DNA of 64,000 bases, taken from the NCBI RefSeq assembly GCF_000150275.1, contig NW_002060943.1, forward strand, positions 6,440,299 through 6,504,298, read 5' to 3'. How positions within the stretch are numbered: the stretch's first letter is position 1; every line of letters starts with the position of its first letter. The position numbers and the translations under genes were made by a program. The notes below the pieces were generated by a model. That model saw only the letters and a list, made by a program, of their open reading frames with translations, had not been told where the DNA came from and did not search any database. This DNA is from Trichoplax adhaerens (taxonomy: Eukaryota > Animalia > Placozoa). Shown here piece by piece: positions 58,085 through 64,000 of the stretch.

Positions 58085-61000
58085 TTAAATTTCTTCCATC
58101 AGATCTTCAGCTCCCGGTAGAGCTGAACTGTTTCTTTTGAGACGTCCTTGTGATGAATTTGACCTATTAAATTGAAGTGCGGTAGTTATACGAAGATATA
58201 CAGTCATTGAAAAACTATTTGATTACTTTAATTTTCATGAGATATCGTACTAAACTCATACCCCGTGCTATTATTTCTAGATAATTGACTGGAATTTTTA
58301 CGTAGAGAACGGGTTTTAGGTAAAGCTGGAAGATCGTCAGCATCCGACTTTATTGCTGCTCCTCGGCGCTTTCTCCTATTTATAAAGAACATCAAGTCAA
58401 CAACAATATCCCACTTATTTGCAATTCTACACTAAGCTTACAAAAATCTGAATCACATTGACTGAAACCACTTTATTAATACCTCTTAGCTGTAGGTGCG
58501 ACACAAATATTACTAACAGTATCTTCAAGCATTAAACTTGAACTCGGTAAGCTATTTTCATTTTCAGTGGAGGTCGAGCTAGTACCAGGTCCACTATGAC
58601 TTGTACCCGGCAATAATAAATCGTCTTCTTCCTCTTTCTCGACTTTACATAGTGACAGAATAAGCAACGTTTACATATAGTGTTTTATTCCTTATGTTTA
58701 TTTACTATAGCGAAATTTATACCTTTAATTTTCTCCTCCATCTTGACACTGGTAGGAAACGTGGGCATATTCCTAACTAAAAAAAGGAACAGCCCATGTA
58801 CCAGTCAAGATAAAAAAACACCACAATAGTTGTCAACAATACTGCCAGAATTCTTTTAATGCCACAGCATTAATTGTATGCAGTAGCAAATTAATTACCT
58901 TGATTTGTAAGTGTCCTAATTTTATTCTTCTTGCTATTGAGTACTCGAATGAACTATACAATTTACATGATACCGATATTAGTATTATTTATTTGCAAAG
59001 GGATTTTTCATTAATCAATACCATGCAGTAGCAAATACAGTATAAAGTATTCTAGCTGAAGTTAATTCTCTGATACCTTGGCTTTATCACTTACTTTGCC
59101 ATACATGTCCACTTCTAAGTTCTCTTTTGTAACTACAAATTCCTCGAGATTCTAATTTTGTATACATTATATATTCAATTTAATGAGTCACTTAGCATTA
59201 AAAATATGGGTATTTCTACGTTGTCCTAACTTACCTTGAGAGATTCAGCTCTCTCGCTAGATAGACGTTCATTTGTAGAATTAAGCGATGCAATATTCAT
59301 CTAAAAGTGATATTAATGGCAACTGGAGTAAGGATACGCAATCAATATACACTTTATTTCTAAAATATCGAGTATAATTAGCTACATGGCAAATGGACCG
59401 TTACAAAAAAAGTTACAAAGTAAATTACTTTTAAGTTCGAAATTTGGCTCAAGCTGAAATCAAATAATTCGCTTATAATTGCTTTCGGGTCAGTGACTGC
59501 GGCCATTTTTAATTTACCAAGCTGAAACTAAAGGAAGTGACAGCAAGGATATTAATCACTTTCATCGATTTGAATTTCCTTTCATCAGAATTGTTAAGAC
59601 CAATAGGATTGGAAACAAATGTGAAAGTTGCATCATTTTGTCAATATACTTTATGATGTCTAATTCATCTACTGCACATTACCCAGCTTTAGTATTAGCT
59701 TTAATATTAGAATATCATAAAGCTTACTTTCATATCTTCGCTTCTTAGGTACTTCTTCCAAGCAAACTATGCCAAGAGAAAGATTATTGTTATTAGTCAA
59801 TTAATGCCTAATCTTTGAATAAAATCTAAATGCAGCTATGCATCCGTTCGAATAATTCAATATCAAGTAATGCATGATGACGACGCAATTTCAATTTACA
59901 ACAGTTTTAGGGATGATCATTTGCAGAGTCTGTCATCACTTTTAATCATGTCTTCAATTTTAATAGCAACCTCGACAGTGTTATGGTCCGGCAGCAAGGA
60001 GACGCCGAAGTGAAAATTAGAATTGGCGGAAGAATTTGCTGTAAATGCTTTCTTTGTCTGTTTTAAATATTCATGCAAGTCCATTTGAACACTTCTAGCC
60101 AATCGGTTAGCAACACCATCGGTAACTGTAAGAGACATCAAGAAAGAATAAGCAAGTGTAGAGCATAGCGGCGTGAAATTGATCAGCCGAATTACGTACG
60201 GTAGCGGAGAGGTAAGCAATCATCCTAGTCAAGTATGAATAGCTAGTAGAACTATTTGCATGGAAAGTCTTCTCTAAATTAGTTAAGGTACAGTACTGTA
60301 CAGTATGTATACGAGCTTATCTAATACATTACTTCCTAATACAATATCATTTATATTGGCATGGAAAATCCTATATAAACTAGGTAAGATATACTGCTTA
60401 CGTATGAGCTGATATTGATTATTTTATCTCATAATACGACACTATTATTATTACTATTTTTGACCATCTAGTTGGTTTGTTCGACTAATGTCAATGCAAT
60501 GGATATCATTCAGATCCTCTTCTAGCCCATTATAGGATGTAATCAAGACAGTAGACACACGATGTAATTTGCGTCAATGAATTCTAATATAACTCATAGT
60601 CAACTACTTGTAGAACCAACTGGTTGCGCCATGACGACTCTGTTGCCGTCCAATCCGTGTGATGTTTCCAATCGATATTAATCCATGGGATTGTGTTGTA
60701 GTGCAGCATAGAATGCTGTTAAGAAAGTACACAGCATATAATTTGCTTGAATCATTTCAAATGCAACTTATAGACTTAAAAGAGGAGTACTTATTCTAGT
60801 AGTGTGCAACAAATGGCCTGTTATCCCTAACTGGCTGCACAATGACAACTCTATCTATAGCCGTCCAATCCGTATAATGATTCCAATCGATGCTAATCAA
60901 TCGGATTAAGTTGTAGTGCGGCATAGGATGCTGCCAAGAAAGTACACACCATGTCATTTGCTTGAATCATTTGAAATGCAACAGACAGAATTGTAAGAGG

Positions 61001-61366
61001 AGTACTCATTCTAAGCGTGTGCAACTGATGAACTGCTATCACGAACTGGCTGTATACGACTCCGAAGCCGTCCAATCCGTGAGATGCTGATACTACAATC
61101 CAATTCTCCAAGCTAAAGCAAAGCCCATACCATTCCTATCATAATCTCTATCCATATAGCAGAAAGGCTACGTCGTATATCAGCGATTACAACTAATTGG
61201 ATCGCATGACTTGAGCTAGTTAGTGCTTACCTACAGTATGCCAAGCACTTTGGCCATCGGTTAAGAAGAGCTTACACAATTGATCGACATCGTCATTCTC
61301 CCATGAAGTCATCAAGTAATACTTCTGACCAGCAGCTTCAATACGACAAAGATATTTCTCCTCCAT
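58085..61366 (-). CDS. XRCC4: DNA repair protein XRCC4 (NHEJ); exons 61366-61231, 60125-59971, 59766-59728, 59527-59429, 59300-59235, 59151-59095, 58953-58899, 58776-58723, 58642-58483, 58375-58262, 58163-58085
   Basis: Spliced product MEEKYLCRI...YYLMTSW...LFLTDGQSAW...FQLG...DPKAIISELF...NERL...EEFVVTKENLEVDMYGKFIRVLNSKKNKIR...KRRRKRR...AEDLMEEI parallels human XRCC4 ([41 protein letters not shown]). All junctions are GT-AG and in phase. Confidence 0.95.
60615..61085. repeat. Diverged tandem array (~210-bp unit, ~2.2 copies) in XRCC4 intron 1
   Basis: gccgtccaatccgt anchors near 60645, 60860 and 61067; shared blocks aagaaagtacac, tttgcttgaatcattt, aagaggagtact, gtgtgcaac. Confidence 0.9.
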
Positions 61367-62425
61367 GATAATAGTCCTCTTGTCAATTCTTCCTTTTAAA
61401 CTACCGATCGTCTTTTCCTTTTACTTCTAGCAGCTAGAGTAGTCCAGATGAGATTGAAATATTGCGTGCAGGATAAGGCAGCAGCGGCGTAGGATTAACG
61501 ACACAATCGGTCCGGTACTAGTACCTTGTTCCCTTGGACTATCTACTGTATCAAATAAAGGCAGTGATACCATACTGTAGCAGTCATGATGTTAGTGAGT
61601 CTGGATTGTGACTCACAACACCTAGTGGGGCATTGGGGGTGTGTCAGAACATGTTTTCATCGTTGATTCTGGTCTATCATGAAAGATCCTCTTGGCCGAG
61701 TATTGATCGTAGTAAGCATTGATGAGGTTAACATACAGTAAAATAGAGCTATTTTAGCTCTATTTGTAAAGTTATTTTGTGATTTAAAGGTTATTGGGTA
61801 GGGCTGTGGCCTACTTTAGTACTGATAGTACTAATACTGATACATCTATCCAATCTATAGCCTACTGTATGATTTAGGTTCCAATTTGGGCGGACCCGCT
61901 GTGTATCTCTTCAGACCTTCCATATCCGTCCGTCTGTTATGGATAGACTCCAGTACGAATAAAGTATTGCTAGGCAATACTCATAGTAAAGCAGTATTAA
62001 TTCAGTCGTAGAATGGACATAGTATAGTCGATGGTCGACAAACGTTCCTTGGTTACGGTGGTGAAGGAGCAAAGCAATTTGCTGCTAGGCTAGCAGGAAA
62101 GAAGAATTTTGTCATCAAGTTGAAATTAGCTTGGCATCCAACGTTTTTAATCGCTTGCAACCCTTGCAATTGTCCCCTAATAGACTACTGTAGCTGCCAG
62201 TCGTTCTCAAGACGATAGCAACCCACTTACACTAGTACTATCACTTTATGAACAAGGTGAGAGCAGTCATTTTACAGTCTGGTGCTCATCGACACGTTGT
62301 TGCACACTTGCACATATTTTGTAGCAGCAAAATCATTTTACTAGGCAGACTAAAAGCGTGTTGCAATTGGTAACATTCATTCAAGCTCAAAATTGATTGA
62401 TTATTAAGCTTCGATCAAGCACATC
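61367..62425. promoter_or_regulatory. Putative bidirectional promoter between XRCC4 and PDCD4
   Basis: Head-to-head start codons 1.06 kb apart and locally higher GC; TGACTCA (AP-1 consensus) at 61609-61615, GGGCGG near 61888, and an 11-bp inverted repeat at 61741-61765. Confidence 0.55.
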
Positions 62426-62621
62426 ATGTCTTCACCGGATAAAAATCAAGGTAAAAATGCCAATCGAAACTTGGTCGATAGTGACCAACTCAATCCGATG
62501 AAAGAAGATCGATCGAAACAAAAAGTGGATAAAAATACCAAGATGGCTACTGAAGACAGTAAAAATAAGGCTATGGACAGGCATTCGCGTATGGGTAAAG
62601 GGCGTGGAGAGCCGAAGAAAG
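62426..62621 (+). CDS. PDCD4: Programmed cell death protein 4, first coding exon; the gene probably continues beyond the window
   Basis: ...AMDRHSRMGKGRGEPKKG|gtcagt matches the PDCD4 motif LDRRSRSGKGRGLPKKG(GAGGKG). No MA3 domains are visible in the window. Confidence 0.8.
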
Positions 62622-63129
62622 GTCAGTTATTACCTATATCCATGATGATAGATAATGAGCAATGATATTGTTGTTAAAATAGAGGATGGATAACATTGCA
62701 ATCGTGTTCCTATCTGTAAAGCCAGAATCTACATCTCTATACGGTAGAAATAGATGCCTAACTAGCATACAATGTAACATCTTGACGATCGGTTGTTTTA
62801 ATCTTGGTCTACAACTATTTCGAATAGACCTACTCAAATCATTTTCCATCGATCAATGACCACTACTGCCTTAATCCATCCAAAATGGCAGAGACATACT
62901 TCAACTCGTAAGGAAATGATCTCTAGACTGCTTAACTGCCATATTTTATCTTCTATACTACCTAATAATAACAGTATAAAATCGACGGCTATTACAGTCT
63001 ATGCCACAGCACAACCATCGCGAATTTGTCCCAGAAAGAGACTGTTTCAAATAGATTCTTAATTCATCCAAATCCCTATCCAATATTGCAAAGAAAATGA
63101 TCAATGCGTCTCAATCACAATTGTTCATT

Positions 63130-63890
63130 ACATCGAATCAATAATACTAATCGAGCGATTTCGCTCGTTCCTATATGCCATAACAACAGTGTTATTGACA
63201 CAAGCTCTGCCAGTAAGAAAGGCCAGAACAAAATAATCAATGGCGTTCCTACGCTAGGAATGGAAAGCTCATTCCCTTTAAAAGAGGCTCCGACTTAATT
63301 AGTGGTGATTGTGATTACACCCCAATAATTGACTGTAGTTGTCCATTACACCTAATCGACAATACTAAGCTAACGATATCGTTAGTTCTGACAACAGCAC
63401 AGCCAGTAAGAAAGGCTAAGAACAAAAAAATCAACGGTATTCCCTGTGTTAGGAAAGGAAAGCTCATTCCCTATAAAAGGCTCCAACTTGAATGGTGATG
63501 GTTGTAAATACATCCCAATAATTGACTGTAGTTGTCCATTACACCTAATCAACCATTACTATGCTAACGATATCGCTAGTTCCCCATAGGCCATGACAAC
63601 AGCATTATGGACAAGAGCCAGGCCAGTAAGAAAGACCAAAAACAAAAAAAAATCAACGGTATACCTGTGGTAGGAAAGGAAAGCTCATTCCCTATAAAAG
63701 AGTCTCCAACTTGAATGGTGATGGTTGTTAATACATCCCAATAATTATATATAATTGACTGTAGTTGTCCATTACACCTAATCAACAATACTAAGCTAAC
63801 GATATCGCTAGTTCCCCCTAGGCCATGACAACATCATTATTAACACGAGCAAAGTCGGTAAGAAAGGCCAAAAACAAAAAAAATCAACGG
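63130..63890. repeat. Diverged tandem array (~190-235-bp unit, ~3.5 copies) in the presumed PDCD4 intron
   Basis: (c/g)gtaagaaag...aacaaaa...atcaa(c/t)gg, ggaaagctcattccct and ttgactgtagttgtccattacacctaatc recur; anchors at ~63210, 63403, 63622 and 63857. Confidence 0.92.
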
Positions 63891-64000
63891 TGAAGAGCAA
63901 GATAGATATCCTGCTAGCTTCCCAATTCGCACTTGATTGCAGTATAAAGCTGACCGATTTTTACGTTTGCAGCACTGTTCAAAGGCCCATATTTTACTGG

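Noticed and set aside
60893-61111. 72-aa ORF in XRCC4 intron 1 (likewise ORFs 63104-63298 and 63576-63788)
   Set aside because: They lie in tandem repeats whose sister copies are interrupted by stops and frameshifts.

Overview
AT-rich eukaryotic (animal) genomic DNA with many short GT-AG introns (mostly ~60-170 nt). Composition, intron size and gene content suggest a placozoan such as Trichoplax (inference, not proven). I built five protein-coding genes by hand-splicing. (1) A two-exon CPYC glutaredoxin on the minus strand (2595-7040) with an MGCxxS lipidation N-terminus. (2) Suppressor of Hairless/CSL (24712-31232, +), whose last exon carries an apparent 1-nt frameshift. (3) A ~66-exon, ~2,750-aa secreted 'mega-thrombospondin' (37876-56929, +): signal peptide, ~36 LRRs almost all on one symmetric phase-2 exon each, LRRCT, FN3, a fibro-slime/PA14-type domain, 2 cadherin repeats, Cys-rich repeats, EGFs, TSP type-3 repeats, TSP C-terminal L-lectin domain, a LamG-like domain, and a tail ending RRRRR|S...HIEL-stop. 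(4) An 11-exon XRCC4 (58085-61366, -). (5) The first coding exon of PDCD4 (62426-62621, +), head-to-head with XRCC4. Several short tandem arrays (31, 55, ~83 and ~170-235 bp units) lie in introns and intergenic DNA. The most striking observations are the furin-cleavable ER-retrieval tail and the fibro-slime domain of the mega-thrombospondin. Most short ORFs in the supplied track are not genes.
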